DNA from: a virus
Length of the DNA: 64,000 nucleotides
Reading direction: 5' to 3' (one strand)
IMG/VR virus record: IMGVR_UViG_3300042197_004429
Coordinates: 32,001-96,000 of that record
Positions 9,929-19,336 of the stretch are shown piece after piece; within the stretch, counting starts at the first letter, position 1, and every line of letters begins with the position of its first letter. The notes under the pieces were generated by a model. The model was not told the DNA's origin, searched no databases, and was given only the letters and a program-made list of their open reading frames with translations. Both the position numbers and the translations under genes were made by a program.

Positions 9929-10136
9929 TCTCCTCTAAATTTCCACCCCCGCAAGCACCGTGATCTAAATTAACTTGTCCATTCACACAAGGCGCTGTTC
10001 CGCATAAAAAATACTCGGGACTTCCCCCTATTAGCTGACCGTCGTTACGCACGTGCGACGCACACGCCCAAACACGAACTCGATACATTATCCTCACGGT
10101 ACAGTCTTCTTTTCTTAAAGTACTAAAAACAACCAT
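9861..10136 (-). CDS. Small Cys/Gly-rich protein
   Basis: GAGG SD, stop/start overlap with upstream AAA gene, 8 Cys, GC-rich. Confidence 0.5.
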   Translation of the reverse strand: MVVFSTLRKEDCTVRIMYRVRVWACASHVRNDGQLIGGSPEYFLCGTAPCVNGQVNLDHGACGGGNLEETKGCGCDGEVRGGWLYWLDGGC

Positions 10137-11197
10137 TATGCCTCTTTATTTAATAATAATTTAGATTTATTTAAATCTTTTCCATTATCATAGTATTCTT
10201 TTAATCGAAATATTTGATCTAAATTATAGCCATTTGTTTCTTTGATCCAATCCTCGGGCAATATTTTTTTTCTTATTTCAATGCTGGGATTGTCAAAATG
10301 TCTTGTGAATTTAAAACGACTTGGTCGATTTTTAAGTGCATCATCTACTTTGTTTATGTCATTCACCGTCATGATAAAAACAACATTTTCATATGTGTTG
10401 TACACACCATCTAACCCGTTTAGTATAATATCAAATGTAAACTTTATTTGTTTGTTTTCTCCTCCTCCAAGTATACATTTTCGTCCATCAAAATAATTAT
10501 CAAAATCTTCAAATAAAACTATGCATTTTTTTGGAATTTGCGAAAACAATAAAAGTAGATCGTGATTTGTCCAATCAGGATTTAGTGTGAATATCATGAT
10601 CGGCAACCGGTATGTGGTTGCAAGATACTTTACCAAAGAAGTTTTACCGTTTCCTGGAGTTCCATATAAAAGTGCCGATGTTTTTTTTCTATCCCCAGCA
10701 ACGACCTCTATAACCTCTTTTTCAAAATCTTTCCAGAGGAACTCGTCTACTATTGGCGGTGGCGGTGTTTCTTTTAAAGATCCTATTTTGTCAACGCCGT
10801 ATGGCATCATCAACTCAACTGGGACACCAAAGTTGGTTAATTGTAGTTGTTTTAGATTTTCTTTTAGGAATTTTTTAATATTTTTATATTGCCATCGTAG
10901 GCAATATATCGTTGTTATATAATCCTTGCTACTGAAACCAGCCTGCATCAATCGTTCGTTGTGGTATATGTAAAACCAAGGAATTCCTCGAAAAAAACAA
11001 AAAGAAGAGTATTCGATTGGGTGCCGCTCCTCAGAAACAAATTCTTCGCTTAAAACAATTTGTCTTTGGTTTTTAAATAAATCAAATAAAGTCTTGAATG
11101 TGTTTTCTTCAATTCTTATTTCTATCAATATTAAATATTTAAAAACAGCCCAAGCCCCAAACCCCGATGCAATTATTGCTATAATGTTTGATAACAT
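10136..11197 (-). CDS. AAA+ ATPase, BCS1-like, with N-terminal TM
   Basis: Walker A GTPGNGKT, Walker B VLFEDFD, ILNGLDGV, DDALKNRPSRF. Confidence 0.85.
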   Translation of the reverse strand: MLSNIIAIIASGFGAWAVFKYLILIEIRIEENTFKTLFDLFKNQRQIVLSEEFVSEERHPIEYSSFCFFRGIPWFYIYHNERLMQAGFSSKDYITTIYCLRWQYKNIKKFLKENLKQLQLTNFGVPVELMMPYGVDKIGSLKETPPPPIVDEFLWKDFEKEVIEVVAGDRKKTSALLYGTPGNGKTSLVKYLATTYRLPIMIFTLNPDWTNHDLLLLFSQIPKKCIVLFEDFDNYFDGRKCILGGGENKQIKFTFDIILNGLDGVYNTYENVVFIMTVNDINKVDDALKNRPSRFKFTRHFDNPSIEIRKKILPEDWIKETNGYNLDQIFRLKEYYDNGKDLNKSKLLLNKEA

Positions 11198-11232
11198 TAT
11201 ATTATGTTAGCAAAATTTTAATTTTTTGTAAA

Positions 11233-11898
11233 CTACTTCCAACTTATTGGCTTACTACTTTTTTTACGTTTTGTTCCTTTTTTATTGCAAGCAGAAAGAG
11301 TTGGTCTACATGCCGGATAACTTCTTTCGGCTCCTTTGCCCGCCGTTTTTCTGCCACAGGGAACCAAATGACCTTTGCGGCTTTTCTTACAATCGACCCA
11401 GCCCTTTCCATTATTTCTATCAAACCACCCTTTGAGTCCACGTTCTTTTTCTAAATCGAATGTTCCTTCTTTATAAGAATTTTTTTTAAAATCTTCGGGC
11501 AAGGTGTGACCCAAAGCGACAGATTTTATTCTTGCGGCAAACAAAGATGGACTAACGCCTTCGGGTATTCTTTTGCCTATTGAATTTAATGCTTCTAAAA
11601 TTTCTTGCGAAGACATATTTGCCGCATCGATTCCCTTATACAAAAGAGCCATCGCTGTGCTTATTGCATCGCTGTATTGCTGTGGGCTTGCTAGGGTTTC
11701 ATCAATTTGAAATCCCTCTTCTTGCATGTGTTTTTTCTTTTTTTTCTTCGATTTGCCCCAATTTTTAGCACCAACTTTGCGGCATTTCACCAATGCCCCC
11801 GAACCGTAGGCACTAGGCCAGACCCGATACCTGCTTTTTACCTTGTGGTAACAAGCATCTTTTGCTTCATCTAATTGTAGCCACTCCTTAAATTTCAT
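11233..11898 (-). CDS. Conserved large-phage basic protein (DUF5872-like), CTS-like N-terminus
   Basis: Start reassigned to MKFKEWLQLDE (ATGA overlap with upstream ORF); KDACYHKVKSRYRVWPSAYGSGALVKCRKVGAKNWG; WFD...WVDC...PCGR...YPACRP. Confidence 0.7.
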   Translation of the reverse strand: MKFKEWLQLDEAKDACYHKVKSRYRVWPSAYGSGALVKCRKVGAKNWGKSKKKKKKHMQEEGFQIDETLASPQQYSDAISTAMALLYKGIDAANMSSQEILEALNSIGKRIPEGVSPSLFAARIKSVALGHTLPEDFKKNSYKEGTFDLEKERGLKGWFDRNNGKGWVDCKKSRKGHLVPCGRKTAGKGAERSYPACRPTLSACNKKGTKRKKSSKPISWK

Positions 11899-12113
11899 CC
11901 GAACATCCAATGCCAAAACATTAGCGTAAAAATTATTGTTCCTATAACCATGAGTGCTGACCCGCCAAAAAACCAAATTGCTAAAAAACTCAAAGCGATC
12001 ACAGTAAAAGGTTTTTGTTCTTTTGCTTTGCGAGTTAGATAAAAGTATCTTCCCAAGCAACCTAAGCCTAACAAACTTACCGCAATAGCGGTGATTAATA
12101 AATAGTTTTCCAT
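11895..12113 (-). CDS. Small two-TM membrane protein
   Basis: Two hydrophobic segments. Confidence 0.65.
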   Translation of the reverse strand: MENYLLITAIAVSLLGLGCLGRYFYLTRKAKEQKPFTVIALSFLAIWFFGGSALMVIGTIIFTLMFWHWMFG

Positions 12114-12120
12114 AAATCCT

Positions 12121-12384
12121 CTAGTGTTTTGTTACCTTAACCACCAAGTCTCCCGTTCCTTTGATTATTCGATGCCATTCATTTGCTTTTATGTGTATTT
12201 GTCCCTTTATTTCTTCGGGCAACTGATTGTCTCTTTGAAACAACCAGTTCGTTTTTGATAAAGGAACAACGGTTCTATCTTCTTTGTCTTTGTGCCATTT
12301 TAATTCGTGAGACTCAGTTTCCTCAGAAAATGTTCTTACAAATTCTTTTTTTGATATTTTTTTTTCTTGAAATGGCATTTTCAT
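12121..12384 (-). CDS. Conserved phage protein, cupin-like
   Basis: ELKWHKDKEDR...NWLFQRDNQLP...WHRIIKG. Confidence 0.7.
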   Translation of the reverse strand: MKMPFQEKKISKKEFVRTFSEETESHELKWHKDKEDRTVVPLSKTNWLFQRDNQLPEEIKGQIHIKANEWHRIIKGTGDLVVKVTKH

Positions 12385-12403
12385 ATTAATATATATATTG
12401 ATT

Positions 12404-12528
12404 GGTTCATTTTCGCTGCCTTTTAATTTGTAAATCGAAGAAGAATGGTGTCAGAATTTAAGAGGTTGCGTAAGTCAATGACTATTTGGTTTTCACCATT
12501 TCTCAAATACGAGATAACGAAATGAGCC
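12404..12528. other. Long imperfect intergenic stem-loop
   Basis: GGTTCATTTTCG pairs with CGAAATGAGCC; AATGGTG pairs with CACCATT. Confidence 0.45.
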
Positions 12529-12540
12529 GTATATACAATT

Positions 12541-13026
12541 ATGCAAACTTTTGAAGAATGGCTAATTACTAATCACCCAGAGTCGCTAGACGAAAACTGG
12601 CGTCAAACTATGGGTGCTTTAGCACTTGCTGGAGCATCTTTTTTGCCCGGAGCAAATGCCCAAGCGGCACCACCAACTGCCCCTAGAGTTGCGGCAACAC
12701 AGTCAGTGTCTCAAAATCAACAAGCAAGATTAGACGCCACGAAAAGAGTCTCCAGCGTTCATAGGTTTAAAAAGAATTGGGGTTCTAAATTTGGTCCACA
12801 ACAAGACCAAAAACTATTCGACACCATCATGAGACTACAAACAGAAAAAGATCACGATGACGTTTTAGCCAAAATAACCAAAGACCAACAAGATTTGATG
12901 CGTGGCACGGCACACCCAGATCCAAGTGTTCAACAATCAGAGGTAAGACAGATTTACAATTCTTTCGATTATCAATACATGGATTATATCAAAGCACTCA
13001 CAACAGCAAGTAAAAATAATCTTTGA
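12541..13026 (+). CDS. Putative internal head protein with CTS-like leader and internal signal-peptide-like segment
   Basis: MQTFEEWL...SLDE then NWRQTMGALALAGASFLPGANAQA. Confidence 0.65.
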   Translation: MQTFEEWLITNHPESLDENWRQTMGALALAGASFLPGANAQAAPPTAPRVAATQSVSQNQQARLDATKRVSSVHRFKKNWGSKFGPQQDQKLFDTIMRLQTEKDHDDVLAKITKDQQDLMRGTAHPDPSVQQSEVRQIYNSFDYQYMDYIKALTTASKNNL

Positions 13027-13028
13027 AT

Positions 13029-13670
13029 TTACCAAGGGCGACTACTCTTAAGACCTAAAGATTTGGCATATCTCGCCACGTTGCACGACCAGTATCCTGG
13101 TGTGGTGCGATCTTTCTTTTCGTGACACTTGTGTCTTGCTCTAAAACTCTTCGCACGAGCGGGGCTATCATTTTTAATACTCAGTCCTGATGCTTTTGAA
13201 TCTCCAAATCGAACCATTTTAATTCTGCCACTAGGTGTTTTTACATAAACTTTAAACTTCTTTGGTCCACCGGGAGTTCTCATTGGTTTATTTAAAGGTG
13301 GGTTCTTCTTTTTGGGCTTTTTGGATTCATTTATATTTCTTGATTTGTCTAAAAATGGAGCATCTAAATAGATTGTTTTCCCATTATGTTCCATCGCCTC
13401 CCCAATGTCTGTTTCCAACAGATCTGCGTCTTGATCGTTGACTTCTATTAAATTTTTATTATAAAGTTCTCTAGTTTCATTGATTAGATCAAAATATGCT
13501 TTGCTATAAATTCGAAATACGTTTTCGCACAATGACAAATTGTTGTCTAAGTGATATTTTAAACCCTCGCTGACCTCCACATCGGCAACTAATCTCATTG
13601 GTGAAATTATTTTTTGTTCTTTTAATTTTACGAAGTTTGCAAAAGAATAATCTTTATTTGAATTTGTCAT
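13029..13670 (-). CDS. Conserved large-phage protein (DUF6321-like)
   Basis: LNKPMRTPGGPKKFKVYVK...VRFGD...KSFRARHKC...TTPGYWSC. Confidence 0.75.
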   Translation of the reverse strand: MTNSNKDYSFANFVKLKEQKIISPMRLVADVEVSEGLKYHLDNNLSLCENVFRIYSKAYFDLINETRELYNKNLIEVNDQDADLLETDIGEAMEHNGKTIYLDAPFLDKSRNINESKKPKKKNPPLNKPMRTPGGPKKFKVYVKTPSGRIKMVRFGDSKASGLSIKNDSPARAKSFRARHKCHEKKDRTTPGYWSCNVARYAKSLGLKSSRPW

Positions 13671-13745
13671 GGTTATCCCAAATTTGTTTGGTTGTTGTTT
13701 TTTAACCTAAAAAAAGTTAAAATAGTTTTTGTTATTAATTTATTT

Positions 13746-14660
13746 ATGCTGGCAAAAATGAAAATACTTGTGACGGGAAGTTCGGGGTTGGTTGGAAGTG
13801 CATTTAAAAAAATTCGAAATGATTATGATTATGATTTCGTCTTTTTTTCTAGAAAAAATTGCGATCTTCTTCAATTTGATGATTCTTTAGAAAAAATTTC
13901 ACAACAGAAACCCGATTGCGTTATACATTTGGCGGCGGACGTTGGTGGTTTGTATAAAAATATTCAAAATAACGTTTCTATATTTGAAAACAATATTCTA
14001 ATGAATACAAATATAGTTCGTATATGTTATATTCTTAAATTAAAATTTATAGGATGTTTGTCAACGTGCGTTTTCCCAGACAGTGTTGATTACCCCATAA
14101 TGGAAGATTTTTTATTTGATGGTCCTCCTCATCATTCTAATTATGGCTATTCTTATGCCAAAAGAATGCTAGAAGTTCATTGCAGGTCTTACAGAGAGAG
14201 TTATGGTTGTGATTTTCGTTGTTTTATACCAACAAACATGTATGGCCCAAATGATAATTTTAATTTAGAACAAGCCCATGTCATACCGTCTCTCATTCAT
14301 CGTTGTTTTGTTGCCAAAAAAAATAATCAAAAATTTGTTGTTTTTGGAACGGGCAAACCATTAAGGCAATTTATGCATGCTGAGGATTTTGCTAGAATTG
14401 TGCTAAATGAGTTTAACAATGATAATAAAAATCCTAGAATAGTTTGTCCAAAAACAGAGAATAGCATTGGAGAAATTGCTTATTTGGTGGCCAATAATTT
14501 TGATTATAAAGATCAAATTATTTTTGATTCTACTAAATCGGATGGACAATTTAAAAAAACGGCTTTTTGTGATATAAATTATAATTTTAAAAAAATAGAA
14601 GACGGAATAAAAGAAACAGTGGATTGGTTTAATAAAAATTACCTAAATGCTCGAAAATAA
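13746..14660 (+). CDS. fcl: GDP-L-fucose synthase
   Basis: VTGSSGLVG, HLAADVGG, CLSTCVFP, YSYAKR, PTNMYGPNDNF, HVIPSLI, GTGKPLRQF, SDGQFKK. Confidence 0.92.
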   Translation: MLAKMKILVTGSSGLVGSAFKKIRNDYDYDFVFFSRKNCDLLQFDDSLEKISQQKPDCVIHLAADVGGLYKNIQNNVSIFENNILMNTNIVRICYILKLKFIGCLSTCVFPDSVDYPIMEDFLFDGPPHHSNYGYSYAKRMLEVHCRSYRESYGCDFRCFIPTNMYGPNDNFNLEQAHVIPSLIHRCFVAKKNNQKFVVFGTGKPLRQFMHAEDFARIVLNEFNNDNKNPRIVCPKTENSIGEIAYLVANNFDYKDQIIFDSTKSDGQFKKTAFCDINYNFKKIEDGIKETVDWFNKNYLNARK

Positions 14661-14663
14661 AAT

Positions 14664-15191
14664 ATGAAAAAAATATTGATTAAAGAAATCAAAGATGCCT
14701 TCATTTTGGAAATAGAAAAACACGAAGATCATCGTGGGTTCTTCCAAGAAACTTTCTCTGTGTACAAATACATCACAGAATGTTGGCGACCAGCACAAAT
14801 AAACATAAGTTGTTCCAAAAAGCACGTTGTAAGAGGACTACACGTTGCTCCTTTTAGTAAACTTTGCACTTGTATTCGTGGAAAATTATTTGATGTTGTT
14901 GCAGATTGCAGAAAAAATTCTGATACTTTTGGTAATTGGTTTGGCATTTGGTTAGAAGAAAATTCAAATAAACAAGTTTATGTGCCAGCCGGATGCGCTC
15001 ATGGTTTTTACTCAGCACAAGATGACACAATCTTGTTATATCAACAAGATTTTCCATATACTCCAAGTATTGAAAAACAAATAAACTGGAAAGATTCTTT
15101 TTTTTCGATTCAATGGCCACACGCAGAAGAATACATCCTGTCTGAAAAAGACGCTAACGCTAGGAATTTTGATGATTTTGAGAAAAATTAA
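14664..15191 (+). CDS. rfbC: dTDP-4-dehydrorhamnose 3,5-epimerase
   Basis: DHRGFFQE, VRGLH, KLCTCIRGKLFDVVADCR, VYVPAGCAHGF. Confidence 0.92.
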   Translation: MKKILIKEIKDAFILEIEKHEDHRGFFQETFSVYKYITECWRPAQINISCSKKHVVRGLHVAPFSKLCTCIRGKLFDVVADCRKNSDTFGNWFGIWLEENSNKQVYVPAGCAHGFYSAQDDTILLYQQDFPYTPSIEKQINWKDSFFSIQWPHAEEYILSEKDANARNFDDFEKN

Positions 15192-15633
15192 CCAATCAGA
15201 TCTGCATCAAATCAATTTGCTTGCAGATAGTGTGTATCCGGAGAACTATTTTGAGTCTTCTGAATCTTTTGGTTCTAAAATTGAAGGTTTCCCAGAAGGT
15301 TGTTTGGTTGCCGAAATTGAAAAACAAATAGTTGGATACGTGATTAGTTTTCCTTCGGTCATTAATTTTGTTGAGCCTTTAAATAAATTTTATAAACCAC
15401 AAAATAATTCAAATTGTCATTATATTCATGATCTTTGTGTGAATCCCGAATTTAGAAAAAAAGGTTTTGCCAATAGTTTTTTAAATATTTTATTCAAAAA
15501 ATTTCCAATCGATTTTGCACTTGTTGCCGTTATGGGTTCAAGTAATTTTTGGGAAAAATTCGGATTTGTTGTTGTTCAAGAAATCGACTACTATAACACT
15601 ACCTCACACTATATGGTTAGAAAATATGAGTAA
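15169..15633 (+). CDS. GNAT-family N-acetyltransferase
   Basis: YIHDLCVNPEFRKKGFA, FWEKFGF. Confidence 0.85.
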   Translation: MMILRKINQSDLHQINLLADSVYPENYFESSESFGSKIEGFPEGCLVAEIEKQIVGYVISFPSVINFVEPLNKFYKPQNNSNCHYIHDLCVNPEFRKKGFANSFLNILFKKFPIDFALVAVMGSSNFWEKFGFVVVQEIDYYNTTSHYMVRKYE

Positions 15634-15994
15634 AAACAATCAATGTTGTATATGCGGGCAATACATGGATTTAATCGTTCTTAGCCACAAAAACAAACCT
15701 TTTGTGGATGGAAATTGTTACCCAAAAATTTGTTTTGGTTGTTTTCAAGTTCCAAAACAATTTATAGATTCTTATGATGAAAACGGGTTGCTTGCTTCTC
15801 AGGAGGGTCCATTTTATAGTTATAAAGTTTTGCATTCTCCTCAAGAACTTGTTGATATAGGGTCTGCTGACAATTTGAAACAAGCAAAAATTTGCGTTCG
15901 TGCGGTAAAAGAATCAATCAAAAAATCTGATTTGAGCAAACTTAAAAAAACACAATTAAAAAAACCACAACCCGATTTTGAATTAAATGATTGA
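15626..15994 (+). CDS. Zn-finger-like hypothetical protein
   Basis: CCICG...CFGC; ATG at 15626. Confidence 0.65.
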   Translation: MSKNNQCCICGQYMDLIVLSHKNKPFVDGNCYPKICFGCFQVPKQFIDSYDENGLLASQEGPFYSYKVLHSPQELVDIGSADNLKQAKICVRAVKESIKKSDLSKLKKTQLKKPQPDFELND

Positions 15995-16019
15995 CAAAAA
16001 AATTTTTAAATATTAAAAT
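15991..16019 (+). promoter_or_regulatory. sigma70-type early promoter
   Basis: TTGACA-17 nt-TAAAAT at the head of the 16-32.5 kb + strand gene run. Confidence 0.7.
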
Positions 16020-16025
16020 TTCTAT

Positions 16026-16196
16026 ATGATAGAAACAGTTTTTATTGTAATTTGTTTGTTTCTTCTTTTTTTTGTATTTTTAATTAGTTTACTTTTTTGG
16101 GCGTTTCTATTTTTTGAATCATTAAAAAATTTTTGCGAAGCACATGAAGATAGAAAAAATAAAAAAAATAAAATTCACGGACGAAATAATTTGTGA
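16026..16196 (+). CDS. Small TM protein (not in ORF track)
   Basis: 56 aa, long hydrophobic N-terminus, directly after promoter. Confidence 0.5.
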   Translation: MIETVFIVICLFLLFFVFLISLLFWAFLFFESLKNFCEAHEDRKNKKNKIHGRNNL

Positions 16197-16401
16197 TATT
16201 TGTGGTTCATCTTGTAAAGATGCAAATGTTGGAAATGAATATGCTTCTTTAGTTGCACACTGGGGTTATGCCTCTAGAAAAGATGAATCAAAATACGAAA
16301 TAGATTTTTGTGAAAATTGCTTTGATGAACTTGTAAAGCATTTGAAAAAAATTAGAATCGTCAAGCCATCACCAGACCCCTTAGAGCCAAAATTAAAATG
16401 A
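16144..16401 (+). CDS. Zn-binding hypothetical protein
   Basis: CDICG...CENC. Confidence 0.7.
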   Translation: MKIEKIKKIKFTDEIICDICGSSCKDANVGNEYASLVAHWGYASRKDESKYEIDFCENCFDELVKHLKKIRIVKPSPDPLEPKLK

Positions 16402-16679
16402 TGTTGAATAAAAGTACGTTTGAGACGGAAGACTCTTTTTTTGATCTTTTTTACAACCCCAATATTTCCAACCATTGTTTTTTGTTAAAAATACAAACTG
16501 ATTGGAACGATACTTCTTATGTGAATATAAGTTTAAACAAAAAAGAGTTTCATGGTTTGTCAAATTTTTTTAATAAATTTCTTGACTCTAATAAGAAACA
16601 AATTAAAACTATAAAAAGAGATCCATCTAGAAGTGTAAAACAAATTTCTTTAAGGAGAAAAAATGAAAAAAACTCGTGA
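16398..16679 (+). CDS. Hypothetical protein
   Basis: Coupled ORF. Confidence 0.6.
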   Translation: MMLNKSTFETEDSFFDLFYNPNISNHCFLLKIQTDWNDTSYVNISLNKKEFHGLSNFFNKFLDSNKKQIKTIKRDPSRSVKQISLRRKNEKNS

Positions 16680-17283
16680 ACAAATCATTGAATCAATGTG
16701 TTCAACCTGGAGACATGACTACCATATCGTCAGATCTCCCGAAAATAAGTTTTCTGGTATGACAATTCAAGAACGTGAGTTTTTGTACAGTCAAATGGCT
16801 CAAGTTTTTGATAACGTAATTGCCAAAATTTTACTTGAATTAGAAGCAAAAAATCAAAATTTAGAGGAATATATCTTGAAATCATCAATAAACCAAAACT
16901 ACATCAAGCAAACAAAAACAGATACTTTCGATAAAAATTTTTACGAAGATTTATCAAAAAAGATTAGTCATAAAATAAAAGATGCCAATCAAAATTTTGC
17001 ACAAGTCAAAAATTCAATTAAGTGTGTTGAAAATGTTTTAGAATTTAAAAACAATAATAAAAAATATGATAATATTAAAGAAGAAATAGATTTAAAAAAT
17101 TTAAAAGTCGGTTCAAGGTTTTTGTATAAAACCCACCAGTATCTTAAAGATTTGAAAGAAGACGTTGTTGAAGAGTGGTCGCCTTCTAAAAATTACATAA
17201 AATTAAAAATTGCCGGTTGGGTTGATTTTGAACAATTTTCGAAGTATAATATTTTAGAAGTTTTGGAAAACTTAGAGAAATAA
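16663..17283 (+). CDS. Hypothetical protein with TREQII.SMC.T.RHDY domain
   Basis: AGGAG SD; domain shared with 25788-26420. Confidence 0.7.
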   Translation: MKKTREQIIESMCSTWRHDYHIVRSPENKFSGMTIQEREFLYSQMAQVFDNVIAKILLELEAKNQNLEEYILKSSINQNYIKQTKTDTFDKNFYEDLSKKISHKIKDANQNFAQVKNSIKCVENVLEFKNNNKKYDNIKEEIDLKNLKVGSRFLYKTHQYLKDLKEDVVEEWSPSKNYIKLKIAGWVDFEQFSKYNILEVLENLEK

Positions 17284-17284
17284 A

Positions 17285-18034
17285 ATGTTTTATCGAAATC
17301 GCACTCATCATTGGTCATGCAGCAAATTTGCTGATTGGGTTCGTGGTGAATCTAAACCATTTGCATTAACTTTGGAAGAATGGGACGATTGGCGAGATGA
17401 ACAAAAATCTAAACGACCAATTCGTTTTTATATTGCAGAAACTTTGTTGACAAAAATTCAAGATGTAATTCTGTTTCCTCAGGATGTTTTTCGCAATGTT
17501 CGTTGTTATTTTCGCAATCGATTTCGAGATAAAACTCATTTCTTGAACACTGGTTTGAAGCCAGGAAATTATTATGATTTAGATCACAGAATTCTCCACG
17601 GTTTGTTTAATGAATTAACTAATTTTGTAGAATCCGATTTGGCGTGGATGAATCAGTTGTCTAAGAAACAAAAGCGTCTTCGTGAAAGATCGCCAAAAGA
17701 TGGAATTGAGTATTTGGAGTGGGCTTGTAATTTAACTTTTAATGAAGAAGATTATGGAATTAATAAAGATGATGAGTCGTATGGCAAGCCAACACCTCAA
17801 GCTGAATCTTCTAAAGAGATTTTAGAACTTTATAAATGGTGGAAAAATTACCCGAACCGCCCAGACCCTATGGACGCAAGTGGTTGGAGTGATGTTTGTG
17901 AAATCAAAAACCCCGATCCAGAATTGAAGCAACAATCTTTTCAAAGACTTAATCAAATTGAAGAACAACAAGATCAAGAAGAAACAGACATGTTGATACG
18001 TTTGATAAAAGTTAGGAAACATCTATGGACATGA
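17285..18034 (+). CDS. Conserved phage hypothetical protein
   Basis: 249 aa Trp-rich ORF. Confidence 0.7.
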   Translation: MFYRNRTHHWSCSKFADWVRGESKPFALTLEEWDDWRDEQKSKRPIRFYIAETLLTKIQDVILFPQDVFRNVRCYFRNRFRDKTHFLNTGLKPGNYYDLDHRILHGLFNELTNFVESDLAWMNQLSKKQKRLRERSPKDGIEYLEWACNLTFNEEDYGINKDDESYGKPTPQAESSKEILELYKWWKNYPNRPDPMDASGWSDVCEIKNPDPELKQQSFQRLNQIEEQQDQEETDMLIRLIKVRKHLWT

Positions 18035-18035
18035 A

Positions 18036-18386
18036 TTGGATAAGGGCTATAATTTCTATAGCCCTAGAGTGTTCAGTGTTTTTAATGTTGGCTTATTTAA
18101 TTTTTTACTTTTTCAAATTATGATCGATTTTTTTGGATATGACGTTGCAAATTCACCCGTTGATTTTTTTTCAAAATTACACTCTTGGCAAAACGAAGAA
18201 AAACCCGACGAACAAACAATAAACACAGCAGAGAGTTTTTTAAAACTGTGTGAAACTCAACCACATTCGATGATAGTTTTTGAGAGAATTATTGTTTTTG
18301 AGTGGTTGTATGACACAAGGTGGACTCAAGCCGAAATATCGGGAAAATTGATCACAACACTTACTTGCAAAAAATCATGTCAATAA
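18036..18386 (+). CDS. Hypothetical protein
   Basis: Coupled ORF. Confidence 0.55.
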   Translation: MDKGYNFYSPRVFSVFNVGLFNFLLFQIMIDFFGYDVANSPVDFFSKLHSWQNEEKPDEQTINTAESFLKLCETQPHSMIVFERIIVFEWLYDTRWTQAEISGKLITTLTCKKSCQ

Positions 18387-18658
18387 TTTTTAATAATTCA
18401 AAAATCAACCCTGGAACCGTGGTTGTTTTTGATGAAAAGTGTGTCAACCTATTTGTTTGGAAAAAAATGTCGGAAGAAGACCGAATCAAAAATTATGGAT
18501 TTTTAGGATATCGATCCGACAAAATTAAACGATTTGTTTTTCTTTGTGAAATTAAAAATGCCCCAGGACATTGTGTGTTAATTGATCTTGAAACACAACA
18601 AATATTAACGATGGTTCATACTAATTTGTTGAGAGAAGTTACAATTGAAGAGTTTTGA
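18377..18658 (+). CDS. Hypothetical protein
   Basis: EIKNAPGHCVLIDL...MVHT..LREVT.EE pattern. Confidence 0.65.
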   Translation: MSIIFNNSKINPGTVVVFDEKCVNLFVWKKMSEEDRIKNYGFLGYRSDKIKRFVFLCEIKNAPGHCVLIDLETQQILTMVHTNLLREVTIEEF

Positions 18659-19260
18659 TGTTAAAAATTAAAAAACAAAAACACAACTCTGTACTCATCA
18701 GTGCAGACTCTCAAGAAGAGTTAGCAGATTCTTTTATGAGATTTCAAGAATTTTATGAAAACCCCCACTGGGCTGATAAAATATTCACAGTAGGACAGGT
18801 GAAAAAATGGTACTCGGAAAAATACGGTGCTGATACATATCGATTTGATTGGCATGGATTTAATTTTCCAAGTTGCGTTTTAAAGCCGTTTAAAGAAGGT
18901 CTTTTTGATCCGCTGACTGAGAACGAACATAAAATATTAAATTTTTTAAAGTATAGAAATGATGATTTTTATGTGATTGGATCTAACACCGACGATGTTT
19001 TAAAACACGAACTTAATCACGCCCTGTATTACACAAACAAAAAATACAGGGAAGAAACAAATAACTTGATTGATTCTAATAAAAAGCAATTAAAAAATGT
19101 TTTTTCTCACATACTAAAATTAGGTTATCATAAAAAAGTTTTGTATGATGAAACACAAGCCTATTGTTTAGATGATGGTTATTTTGAAAAACACAAAATC
19201 AATTTGTCTCCAAATTTTGTTTCAAAGTTAAAAATATTAAACGAGAAATTTTCAAAATGA
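18655..19260 (+). CDS. HExxH-motif hypothetical protein
   Basis: KHELNHALYY...DETQAY. Confidence 0.65.
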   Translation: MMLKIKKQKHNSVLISADSQEELADSFMRFQEFYENPHWADKIFTVGQVKKWYSEKYGADTYRFDWHGFNFPSCVLKPFKEGLFDPLTENEHKILNFLKYRNDDFYVIGSNTDDVLKHELNHALYYTNKKYREETNNLIDSNKKQLKNVFSHILKLGYHKKVLYDETQAYCLDDGYFEKHKINLSPNFVSKLKILNEKFSK

Positions 19261-19336
19261 AATTTATTTTAGTTTTGTTGCCCTCTATCCTAATGATTCG
19301 AATGTTGTTAGATCATTACCTTCAAGAAAGATAATT

